From positions 33,524 to 97,523 of IMG/VR virus record IMGVR_UViG_3300030333_003379: 64,000 nucleotides of DNA; one strand, given 5' to 3'. The position numbers and the translations under genes were made by a program. The DNA comes from a virus. The notes below the pieces were generated by a model. That model did no database searches. It saw only the letters and a program-made list of their open reading frames with translations, and was not told the DNA's origin. This document shows, piece by piece, positions 49,609 through 58,901 of the stretch. Within the stretch, counting starts at the first letter, position 1; each line of letters starts with the position of its first letter.

Positions 49609-51970
49609 AAGGCAATATAGGGGTCATTGTTTCATCATCATATCCTAAAGTGCCTCCACCAAATAACTGAACGGGTCTATTTTTCTTACCATGTGCATGA
49701 GGGTTGAATGATATCGGGACACCACCCCAACAAGCACCACAACCCCTATCTTGGCAACTACCACCTAATTGAGAAGTGGGGCAAATGTGAATACCTTCAC
49801 CAGAAGCACCTACAAACGAAGGTGCTATCTGTGGGTGAGATGTTAATTCACGGAATCTATCTGTTAGGGCTGGCAAACCTGCTGCTTCATTTGCATCATC
49901 ATCTAACCCTTGACCGACATATGGTGCGCTCAATGATACTTTGAGGCTTTCAGGTATTGCGGTATCCCAATCTCTTACTTTCATATATTCATGGAGGGCG
50001 TTTTCCTCACGAGTTGGCAGCCAAACATCAGATTTGATGGGGCTTCTTGCCATAATGTGTTTGACGGCATCGGCAATTAACGATAAGTGTCTGGCTCTAT
50101 CCTTTACTTTTCTTCCTTGTAAATCACCTGAATCTAACATTCTAAATCTTGGATCTCCAAAGTCCAAAACAGATGCAGGTATTCGGTTTGCTAATGCAGA
50201 AGCATATTCAATTGTTCCTTCTTCATCAGGCATTCGTAACGCAGCAGCATTACGCCAATGTGCAATTTGCTTGTTGTTCAAACGATATTTACCTTGATCG
50301 TGAGCATAGCAATTCTCACAGGTCGAACCAGCACATCTCCGTAAAGTGCTACCAACCCTACATAATTGAGTTGGGAATCCTTGAGAACCACCCGGCATTT
50401 TAGATGTTGAACCAAACGGACTACCAAGTATTCTGTGACCTTCTGAACGGAGATTTTTTCCACCTGTAATGTCCTTGAAATCAGGTAATAACTCATCTAA
50501 CCCCTCAAGAGGGTAACTTACATTGTGTTCTCGGTCAAATCGTGCAATGGGTTCAGGGTTTGCCTCATTCCAAAGGTAAATCTGGTCTTTGTTGTCTTTG
50601 TATGGTGTTCCACCAAACCTCTTATCCCAATGCAATAAATCATCAGGGTCGCCTAATGCTTTGTTGAGAGTATCGGCCAATTCCGTTAAGTCATTGACGA
50701 TAGATCTGCGGATAATGCCTTGTGGGTCTATCTCATCGGGGAAGAATGCAGCCTTTCCTAACCACAAAGATGGGTCAAAGGACTCATCGAATCTTTCCTC
50801 CCATTTTTGCTGTTCGCCTTCTGTGCCTACAAATTGCTTATCTGGATGGTGTTGAAACCACCTTGCAGCATCCATATCGGGTATGTTAGCAATAGCAATT
50901 AGTTCTGGTTTAATACCACGACTTGCTGCTCTTGTTCCAGCAGTATCCATCCTACGATTCAACAATGTTTTGAATCCTCTATCACGATACATTTCAGCAA
51001 CATTAGGACTGTTGAATGCTACAATAGGCAAACCATCTTCTGCTAATTCACCTAATTGATTTGCCAATGCTTCTTGACCTGCATCCCCCATATTGATACC
51101 ATAAGATGCTGCCTCACCCGCATATGGTGGATCAACGGCAGCAAGGTCTTTTCTCGGATTCAAATCTAGATTCTCAAAGAACTCATCAACAGGGCCGGGC
51201 TTCATTGTCCAATCCTCCATCAAAGGCTGATAATGCTGATAGTTCCACACATCAGCATAAGGGCCAAAAGCCCCTCTTGTTTGTGTATAACGACCTGTTT
51301 CTGGATTATATCGAGTAAAGGCATTGGTTGATGTTTGTTGAGTCATTAACCATAATTGGGCTAATCTTTGCCAACCATCTAAATCTAATTCTCCACTATT
51401 CGCCATATCAATCATGTAATTGAGGCTACCTTCTTGTGGGTCTTTTGTGCTACCACGCAGAGTCGGGCCGGTGTAAGTGCTAAAGTCAGCACCACCGTGA
51501 GTAAAATCATCTCCAAAGAATGTGGGTTTAGATACTTCTCCCGGTGTTGCAACTTGCTCTCGCTCTTTACCACCCTTTACTGCACTTGCATCAATACCGT
51601 GGCCTGTGAACTCATGCCAAGGCAATTCTAGTCCACCGGGTGTATCACGCATTTCCTCATACGCATTCATCAAATGAGTATCAGCATCACCAACTACAAC
51701 TTCTTTTGCTGGCATATTGAGAGCGATATTCGCCCCACCAAGCGCAGGGTCAAGAAGTCGCTGTGCGCCAACTGATTGCATTGCATCTCTTAATGGCCCA
51801 AGGTAATGTGACTTCGCTTTACTACCTGCCCACTTTAATGGTGAAGGGATACGAGTTTTACCTGTAATATCCCCCCCTACTTTACGAGCAATCGCTGGCG
51901 TTATGCCTAAACCACGAACCCCCATGGCTTTTGCGATCTCTATCTCATCTTTAACAGGATCATTGCTCAT
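49565..51970 (-). CDS. Fusion: Dam-like N6-adenine DNA methyltransferase + GP88-like Cys-rich domain (~801 aa)
   Basis: SPLKWAGSK, DPALGGANI, DADTHLMNAY, DPPY; then STSKMPG..FP..LC..GS...CENCYA...FRMLDSGDLQ...WLPTRE...C..CGACW. Confidence 0.8.
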   Translation of the reverse strand: MSNDPVKDEIEIAKAMGVRGLGITPAIARKVGGDITGKTRIPSPLKWAGSKAKSHYLGPLRDAMQSVGAQRLLDPALGGANIALNMPAKEVVVGDADTHLMNAYEEMRDTPGGLELPWHEFTGHGIDASAVKGGKEREQVATPGEVSKPTFFGDDFTHGGADFSTYTGPTLRGSTKDPQEGSLNYMIDMANSGELDLDGWQRLAQLWLMTQQTSTNAFTRYNPETGRYTQTRGAFGPYADVWNYQHYQPLMEDWTMKPGPVDEFFENLDLNPRKDLAAVDPPYAGEAASYGINMGDAGQEALANQLGELAEDGLPIVAFNSPNVAEMYRDRGFKTLLNRRMDTAGTRAASRGIKPELIAIANIPDMDAARWFQHHPDKQFVGTEGEQQKWEERFDESFDPSLWLGKAAFFPDEIDPQGIIRRSIVNDLTELADTLNKALGDPDDLLHWDKRFGGTPYKDNKDQIYLWNEANPEPIARFDREHNVSYPLEGLDELLPDFKDITGGKNLRSEGHRILGSPFGSTSKMPGGSQGFPTQLCRVGSTLRRCAGSTCENCYAHDQGKYRLNNKQIAHWRNAAALRMPDEEGTIEYASALANRIPASVLDFGDPRFRMLDSGDLQGRKVKDRARHLSLIADAVKHIMARSPIKSDVWLPTREENALHEYMKVRDWDTAIPESLKVSLSAPYVGQGLDDDANEAAGLPALTDRFRELTSHPQIAPSFVGASGEGIHICPTSQLGGSCQDRGCGACWGGVPISFNPHAHGKKNRPVQLFGGGTLGYDDETMTPILPFNLGIQPRRVDEGL

Positions 51971-52496
51971 CGGGATTATCCCCCATTTCATCAAGAAGTT
52001 TCTGGTTGGCTTCTTGGACTATACGCATTTGCTCTGCAAACGCTTCGTTATACATGGGATTATCATATACTGTGATACCCGGACTACCTGCTGACTTATC
52101 TTCATTAGATGGTGTTCCACTTGGCAACATATGGGGCAAAATGTCCTCTGGTGGTATATTTTCATTGGATACCCAAGAAGCATCTGCACTCACTTCATCG
52201 GGATTCATACCCAATATAGCAAGCATCATTGGACTATGATCCATTCCCGGTTTCATTCTTGGGTCGCCTTCATCACGCCAGAATGGAACAGTAGCGATTT
52301 TAGGAGAACCCATTCTACCAAAGGAAACCCACCTTCGGGCTATTTCGGGGTCTTTTGAAGCATATACTTCACCAAAATTACTCTTGATGCCTTCGTGGAG
52401 AATGCCACCTTTACCGTGAAGATTTTCTTCGGGAGTAGCATGGTAATACCACGGTGCTTTCACAACCGCCCAACCTGCATCAAATGCTCTACTCAT
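51960..52496 (-). CDS. Tagged ADP-ribosyltransferase-fold protein (MSRAFDAGWAVVK; 178 aa)
   Basis: YYHATPEENL...ILHEGIK...VYASKD...IPPEDIL (KptA/DarT/DUF952-like pattern). Confidence 0.7.
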   Translation of the reverse strand: MSRAFDAGWAVVKAPWYYHATPEENLHGKGGILHEGIKSNFGEVYASKDPEIARRWVSFGRMGSPKIATVPFWRDEGDPRMKPGMDHSPMMLAILGMNPDEVSADASWVSNENIPPEDILPHMLPSGTPSNEDKSAGSPGITVYDNPMYNEAFAEQMRIVQEANQKLLDEMGDNPDEQ

Positions 52497-55400
52497 CCTT
52501 CTCCCCCTTCGGTTTCCTGTAAAACGCATCTGTTAAGAATTGTGGGTCAATTTCCTTTTCATCATCATTTTTTAACCTACGATTCGCTATTTCGCTTAAA
52601 ATATCATTGAGGGTTTTCCTTTTCCGACCCATATTTGCATCATCTGTTGGTTTTTTCAAATGTTTCATGTATTCATCCAAATCCCATTTTGCTCTGTTAT
52701 GCCCACTTCTGGATACATTTTTGTATTCCGAACTAAATGGTTTATCACCAAACCAACCGCCTTCATATGCCATTTCCTCATCTTCTAATGGAACACCTAT
52801 GTCGTGCTGGCTTTCATCTTCATCAACAACTCGATGCGTATCTAAATCCATAAATGCCTGTGCTATGGCACGAGTTACAGGATCATATTCGTGCTTTTCT
52901 CGTGGAATAGGCTTTGATGGTCTTTCTCTTTTGCCCTTTGAACCTCTCCTTTTCATCCATATACCTTTAGGCATATCTTCATCTGCGTAGTAAGATTCGT
53001 GATCACCACCGATTAGATATTTGTATTGTGCTTCTGGTATTGAAATACCTTCTTTTTCTGCTATATCTCTAATGAAAGCCCAATCACTAATTTCAGGGTT
53101 AGTTACACCTGCTCTTGGCCCGACTCTATGTGTTTCACCATATTTGCTTTTACTCCTAAATGCCTTATCTGGATCATCCAATACATTCCATATTGACGGG
53201 TCTTTCATCCCTCTAGCAACCCTTCGCATTATTGGCTTACCTGCCAATGGGTGAGGCACTAATTCCTCTTTTGGATAAAGCCCTTCTTCTGGCTTCCTCC
53301 AATCAGAAATCCGATCAAGTGTGCTTTGTATTTCGCCATGGGGGTCATCGAAAGATTGTTCCTCCATATCATCATCTCCCCAACTTTCATGGCGTTTCCA
53401 TTTGCGGGTAACGCCCGGATATCGGTAATCTCTAGGGTTGTTAGGAACTCTTTCTAATGCTTGTGTTGGTATTAAACCATAATACAAAGAAGGGAATATA
53501 TTCTCTGCAAACCTTTCGCCTCGTGGTCGGGGTTCATTGTAGTAACTTTGTGCTTCTTTTTGCCAATACTCTAATGCTGCTTGATGTTCTGGATTATCAG
53601 GCTCAAACTCTGTGAAACTGTAATCACTCAACATTTTATCAGGATACACTTTAGGGCGACTGATAGAATCAGCATCAGTAATTCCTAACTTTTCTGCCAA
53701 ATCACTAATCTGTTGCTTCATAGCAGCCTTTTCTGCTGCTACACCTTCTGCCCATGCCCGTTCATTTGGGCCGGCTTCTGTGTAATCATCGTTGCCCCAC
53801 CATATTCTATGGTCATCCCAATCTTTCTCTGCTGCTGCGGTGAATACATCATTGTATCTAGATCTCTCCCAATCACCAGCCCATCTGCTTTTCTCATCCC
53901 ATGTATCTTTCAATTTGTTATACAAATTGAATAACTGCTCATACTCATCTTTTTGATCACCGAACATTGAAAAATTAGGTCTTTTGCTTCTAGGTATTTC
54001 CAAATTAGTATGGAAAGGCCACCTAGATTGTTGTTCGGGCATCCAATCATATGTTAATTCTGTATCTGGATCCACCCAATCAGGATTTATGCTTGTTCCA
54101 TAACTACTTGTTGGCATTTTTATTTGGTCAGCCACCATTGACGCTAGTATTCTTCTCAATTCAAGACGACCAATCTCGCCTTTGATGTTTTCAGGTAAAT
54201 CCGCAATAGTGCGTGGTAATGGTGCATTACCTGCAACTACTTCATCAAAATGAGCATCTAATGCTCTTAACGCATCACCAGATAATTCCAACGCAGCCTT
54301 TCTGCGCCCTGCGGGTCTATCTGGGCGGTTGAGATAACCTTCTGGGTCTGTTTCATACATTGCTGAATCTGATAATATCCCTGCCCCTTGATTGATAATT
54401 GCATTCCTCAAATTACGATAAATACGCTCTTGAGGGGGCAACAGTAACTTTTCTGCTTCTGGCTCTGGAGTTGGTGTCCAACCCTCATCCATACCAATAG
54501 GTGGCCTTCTTTCTGGTGGAATACCCATAATGCGCCTTAATTCATGTGTGTTCATACCCCATTTATTACTTGGTTTAAGCGCACTTGCCATCCTTTTTGC
54601 GTTAATCGGATCTTCAATACCCCACTTCTTCTGTGCAGCCTCTACCATTTCCAAATGCTTACGCCTTTGTTCCTGTTCTACATCTCGATGGTGTAACCAT
54701 TTACCCATGGCATAACCGGGATTTTGAGGATATTCCGCAGTATATGCCGCCTTTTCATGCCAAGCCGAAGGGCTTTGACCCCACTTTTTGGTTTGGCCTT
54801 GTGTTGGATTAAGAATAGCGGGTTCTCGTAAAATGTGCTTCATGGCCGCAGGGTTATCCATGAGAAAAGCCATTTTATCGCTAATTTTATCAGAACGAGT
54901 AGTTGGATTATCGAAATCCCTATCGAATCTCGTATTAGAAGCGTATCTTGGATCTAATTTGATACGATTCAAAGCACCCTGTGTTGCTCTATGACCCATC
55001 TCATGCACAATAGTATCAATAATATCAGGCTCAACATCATCTAGCCATTCACTATACCTTCTATTGTAATCTTCCATTGCTTCTTCATAACTTTCCCGAC
55101 CCATAGAAGCCTCTTGCACTATATCCCCATCTTCATCTAACACCTCTAACTCATTTCTCCATTTACCTGCTATTCCGTAATCTTCATCATATGCGCTAGG
55201 GTCTGCCCATGGCCTTTCATTCTCACCACCTTTCCATTGGAAAAAACTCTTATCTGGTTTTTCAGGCGCACGACCTGTTCTCCACCCTGAACCTTCTGCA
55301 AAAGGTGAAAGATACACGGCTTGTGCTAATTCTCTCGGTGTAAGATAGCGAGTTACTTCTTGACCGTCAATAACATCAGTCCTTGTTTCGCCTTCAAAGT

Positions 55401-55560
55401 TATCAGGATCAAAGTCATCAGGTAATGTTTGAACCATGTTTATTGTGTCTGGATGAAATGACGACCAACCGAGATAATCCCCCTTATCCCGTCTGCCTGT
55501 GGGTTTGAGAATGAAATCGGCTTTCATTATTTTCGCCAAGGCTTGTGGTGTAAGACCCAT
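52489..55560 (-). CDS. Large protein (1023 aa) with a zincin-like HEXXH metalloprotease domain
   Basis: DTIVHEMGH at 54991-55005, downstream AWHEKAAY; N-terminal IMK|A and ILK|P motifs. Confidence 0.6.
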   Translation of the reverse strand: MGLTPQALAKIMKADFILKPTGRRDKGDYLGWSSFHPDTINMVQTLPDDFDPDNFEGETRTDVIDGQEVTRYLTPRELAQAVYLSPFAEGSGWRTGRAPEKPDKSFFQWKGGENERPWADPSAYDEDYGIAGKWRNELEVLDEDGDIVQEASMGRESYEEAMEDYNRRYSEWLDDVEPDIIDTIVHEMGHRATQGALNRIKLDPRYASNTRFDRDFDNPTTRSDKISDKMAFLMDNPAAMKHILREPAILNPTQGQTKKWGQSPSAWHEKAAYTAEYPQNPGYAMGKWLHHRDVEQEQRRKHLEMVEAAQKKWGIEDPINAKRMASALKPSNKWGMNTHELRRIMGIPPERRPPIGMDEGWTPTPEPEAEKLLLPPQERIYRNLRNAIINQGAGILSDSAMYETDPEGYLNRPDRPAGRRKAALELSGDALRALDAHFDEVVAGNAPLPRTIADLPENIKGEIGRLELRRILASMVADQIKMPTSSYGTSINPDWVDPDTELTYDWMPEQQSRWPFHTNLEIPRSKRPNFSMFGDQKDEYEQLFNLYNKLKDTWDEKSRWAGDWERSRYNDVFTAAAEKDWDDHRIWWGNDDYTEAGPNERAWAEGVAAEKAAMKQQISDLAEKLGITDADSISRPKVYPDKMLSDYSFTEFEPDNPEHQAALEYWQKEAQSYYNEPRPRGERFAENIFPSLYYGLIPTQALERVPNNPRDYRYPGVTRKWKRHESWGDDDMEEQSFDDPHGEIQSTLDRISDWRKPEEGLYPKEELVPHPLAGKPIMRRVARGMKDPSIWNVLDDPDKAFRSKSKYGETHRVGPRAGVTNPEISDWAFIRDIAEKEGISIPEAQYKYLIGGDHESYYADEDMPKGIWMKRRGSKGKRERPSKPIPREKHEYDPVTRAIAQAFMDLDTHRVVDEDESQHDIGVPLEDEEMAYEGGWFGDKPFSSEYKNVSRSGHNRAKWDLDEYMKHLKKPTDDANMGRKRKTLNDILSEIANRRLKNDDEKEIDPQFLTDAFYRKPKGEKDE

Positions 55561-57107
55561 TAAGCAACCCTCCTTGGTTGAACATTGCGGAATATGTTTT
55601 CCATGATATTTGGATTTAGGGTATTACCTAGTTGAGTATCAATGATATTCTGTCGCTTCTTCTTAGGTGGATTGACTTGGAATCCTTGATTATCCCTTTG
55701 AGGGAAATTGAATGCTTTTGCTTCTTCTGGTGTCCAGCCCTGTATTTGCATGACTTCGGGGCGAGTTAATTTACGAACATGGGTTAAAGCAGGTCTGTGA
55801 TGGGTTACAGATTCAGATGGGCCACTAAGTGGATTGATATGTTTCCATGCAAAACCTCGCTTTTCATCATTCCACGGTGATCCGCCTCTCCCCGGATTGA
55901 TTGAACCTCCCATACTCAATGTTGGAACGGATAGTAAATCCATTGCATTAGGGGCATTGCCTTGTTGAAGTAAGTAATCAATTTGCGCTTGGCGATCACC
56001 TTCTTCCCACTCTTGTTGCATATACGGGAAGTGGTCGTTTATGCTACGATAATTTCCTCTACCCATGATTTGTGGTGTAGCCTTAGAGCCGTGAACCGCA
56101 TACATTCGTTGTCTTACGGTTGGAGAACCAAACATACCCGATTCAAGAAGTGGACTTTCTCTCGCCATGGTTTTGAACTCTTGTGAGATGTTTTTATCAC
56201 GGAGTAAAGGTTTGAGGATTTCAGGTGATTGTTCCACCGACATAACCACAGGGGCATTCTCCCATCCCATTACTTCACTCATAATATCGTCAGCAAAGCG
56301 CATACCTTCCATTGCACCACTCACATCAACATCTTTCGATTGATTAGAGCGAGCGATTTTCTTGCATGATGGTGATTGATGTAATGCCCAACTATCCAAT
56401 CCTGTGGTGGCATCGTGAATATGACCTAATGTATCGTCAAGTGTTTCTGGACTAAACCATTGTTGTATATGCTTACCCGGTAGATTCTCATTGAGTGTGC
56501 GAATTGACTCATCCCAACCATCCATAGCCAACACAGGATTCGCCCCAACTCGCATAGCAGCCGTTTCGGGCGCACCCATACCAGAAAATAGAGTTACCAA
56601 TCCTTCAAAGGGGGCATCATCGGGCTTATCTTCATACATTGAATACTTCAAAATAGCATCCCAACCCGCTTCAAATGCGTCACTAGAGGCTAAATGCCCC
56701 ATTGACCTTGACGAACAGGCATCCCATGTATCCAATACCATTTGGGCTACTTTCTTCTCTTGATCACTACCTTGTCGTAACCATAATTCCATTTTCTCTT
56801 GTAATTCAGCACAAGACCACCCCTCATCACCATTGGCTACCGCTTCTGCTAAATCAAACAACATTTGAGTGAAGAAGGGGTCTGAAAGGGGATTTGAGCC
56901 TTCTTGCTTGGCATACTCAAACATCCATGACGATAATTCCTCTCGTGCCTCTGCACAACAGGGATCTTCAATTTCATCAGTAAGGGTATCCAAATCTTCT
57001 ATGGTTCGCTCTGGCTCATACATCACAAAAGGTTGAGATGGCTCTGGATTTACATTGATTCTTGGTGAGCCGTCAGGTCGTTTAAGACCAAAGTTATCAC
57101 TCACCAT
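55560..57107 (-). CDS. C5 cytosine DNA methyltransferase-like protein with N-terminal extension and an internal tag (515 aa)
   Basis: LFSGMG (I), SPSCK (IV variant), RQRMY (VIII), RKLTRPEVMQIQGW (IX), QLGN (X); AFEAGWDAILK at 56646-56678. Confidence 0.75.
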   Translation of the reverse strand: MVSDNFGLKRPDGSPRINVNPEPSQPFVMYEPERTIEDLDTLTDEIEDPCCAEAREELSSWMFEYAKQEGSNPLSDPFFTQMLFDLAEAVANGDEGWSCAELQEKMELWLRQGSDQEKKVAQMVLDTWDACSSRSMGHLASSDAFEAGWDAILKYSMYEDKPDDAPFEGLVTLFSGMGAPETAAMRVGANPVLAMDGWDESIRTLNENLPGKHIQQWFSPETLDDTLGHIHDATTGLDSWALHQSPSCKKIARSNQSKDVDVSGAMEGMRFADDIMSEVMGWENAPVVMSVEQSPEILKPLLRDKNISQEFKTMARESPLLESGMFGSPTVRQRMYAVHGSKATPQIMGRGNYRSINDHFPYMQQEWEEGDRQAQIDYLLQQGNAPNAMDLLSVPTLSMGGSINPGRGGSPWNDEKRGFAWKHINPLSGPSESVTHHRPALTHVRKLTRPEVMQIQGWTPEEAKAFNFPQRDNQGFQVNPPKKKRQNIIDTQLGNTLNPNIMENIFRNVQPRRVA

Positions 57108-57111
57108 GTTT

Positions 57112-57126
57112 CACCCCGAAGGGGTG
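57112..57126. other. GC-rich hairpin CACCCC-GAA-GGGGTG covering the SD of the cytosine MTase gene
   Basis: Perfect 6-bp stem; the minus-strand GGGGTGA SD forms its 3' arm. Confidence 0.5.
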
Positions 57127-57237
57127 TGAATCCAAAAGTGTTGCCGTAATCGGCAATAATCAAACACCCGTTTTACATGGATGTTAGGGTTGCCAATGAT
57201 GATAAGGTTGATAGGTTAGATTGTATGCCCTCGTAAT

Positions 57238-58782
57238 ATGCAGGGGCAACCAATCTTCATCATGCAGCAAGGCACGACACAAGAACAAGGCAAAACGGCA
57301 CAGTCGAATAATATCGCTGCCGCTAAAGCAGTAGCACAAGCAGTTCGGACTACACTAGGGCCAATGGGCATGGATAAGATGCTAGTGGATGAAAGTGGAG
57401 ATGTAATCATCACAAATGATGGTGCAACCATTCTTCAAGAGATTAACATTGAACACCCAACGGCTAAGATGATTATTGAAATCGCTAAAACACAGGAACA
57501 GGAATGCTATGATGGCACAACATCTGCTGTGATTGTCGCAGGTGAACTACTCAAGCGTTGTGAGGAACTTATTGATCAGAATGTTCATCCCACAGTCATT
57601 TGCCGTGGATTGCGAAAGGGAATGTCTTTCCTTCTATCAGATTTGAAAAATTATGAAATCAATGATATTGATTTGGATAAGATTGCCAAAACCGCCCTTA
57701 CAGGCAAGTCGGCTGACTCATTCAAGGACATTATCTCTGCGATTTGTGTTGAAGCGGTGGAAAACACCGACAGCCTTGAAGATATCCGTATTACCAAGGC
57801 ACTTGGTGGTTCAGCAGGGGATAGTGAGATAATCAACGGTATTATTCTCGATAAAGAGCGTTGCCACCCCGCAATGCCTTCTCATCTTCAACCATCCACC
57901 GATGGTTGGGCTATTGCCCTAATTGATAGTAATCTTGGAGTAAAGCAGACCGAAATGGAGGCAAACATCCAGATTACAGATCCCGCACAGATTGAAGCGT
58001 TCTTAGCAAAAGAAGAAGCCGAATTGCAAAAGATGGCAGAAGATTTCCATGACCATGGTGTGCAAGTGGTTCTGTGCCAGCGTGAAATTGATGATTTAGT
58101 CAAGTATCACTTTGCTAAATTGGGCATCATTGCCGTTGAGAAGGTAACAAAGAGCGATATGGAAGCCGTAGCAATGGCTTCTGGTGCCACAATTATCAAC
58201 AACATCAATGATATGAGTAACGATGCCAAAGGATTCTTTGAAGAAGTTAAACAGGAAATGATTGGTGAAATGCCTATGCTATTCCTTTACCATGGTCAAA
58301 CACCTGCCATGACTGTATTACTTCGTGGCCCTACTACACACTTCGTTGAGGAAATTGAAAGAGCCTTTGATGATGCAGCAGGTGTGGTCAAGGTCGCCAA
58401 AGATGACGGAGTTATCCTTGCAGGTGGAGGATCTACTTACGCAGGTCTATCCAATTCACTAGCAAATCATGCTAATCACCATGGTGGCAGAGAAGGAATG
58501 TCTATGCTGGCACTATCAGTAGCACTTGAGTCCATTCCACGCACTCTAGCAGAGAATGCAGGTCTAGACCCGGTTGATGAGATGATGATGCTTAACCAGA
58601 CACATTCAGCAGGTAACAAGTATATGGGTATCAACATCGAAGTCGGTGGCACTATTGATATGAGAGATCTAGGTGTCTATGAGCCAAAGCGTGTGGTTGA
58701 GCAAGCACTCAAGTCAGCAGTTGAAACTGCAATCATGGTGCTTCGTATTGACGACATAATTTCATCACGAAAGACCGACTAA
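57238..58782 (+). CDS. ths: Group II chaperonin (thermosome subunit, 514 aa)
   Basis: [26 protein letters not shown], helical protrusion region, [17 protein letters not shown]. Confidence 0.95.
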   Translation: MQGQPIFIMQQGTTQEQGKTAQSNNIAAAKAVAQAVRTTLGPMGMDKMLVDESGDVIITNDGATILQEINIEHPTAKMIIEIAKTQEQECYDGTTSAVIVAGELLKRCEELIDQNVHPTVICRGLRKGMSFLLSDLKNYEINDIDLDKIAKTALTGKSADSFKDIISAICVEAVENTDSLEDIRITKALGGSAGDSEIINGIILDKERCHPAMPSHLQPSTDGWAIALIDSNLGVKQTEMEANIQITDPAQIEAFLAKEEAELQKMAEDFHDHGVQVVLCQREIDDLVKYHFAKLGIIAVEKVTKSDMEAVAMASGATIINNINDMSNDAKGFFEEVKQEMIGEMPMLFLYHGQTPAMTVLLRGPTTHFVEEIERAFDDAAGVVKVAKDDGVILAGGGSTYAGLSNSLANHANHHGGREGMSMLALSVALESIPRTLAENAGLDPVDEMMMLNQTHSAGNKYMGINIEVGGTIDMRDLGVYEPKRVVEQALKSAVETAIMVLRIDDIISSRKTD

Positions 58783-58901
58783 GGTTGGAATATCTTAGTG
58801 TAAAGCCAAGCGAATGGCAACAGTATAAGAAGAATTGGTATTGCAACCATTGCAGCCAATCCCATTAGGACTAATTGCCAAAGGGGTTTATCCTCACTCA
58901 T
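58779..58901 (-). CDS. 40-aa single-TM peptide (not in the ORF track)
   Basis: [40 protein letters not shown]; ATGA overlap with the upstream gene; stop overlaps the thermosome stop. Confidence 0.6.
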   Translation of the reverse strand: MSEDKPLWQLVLMGLAAMVAIPILLILLPFAWLYTKIFQP

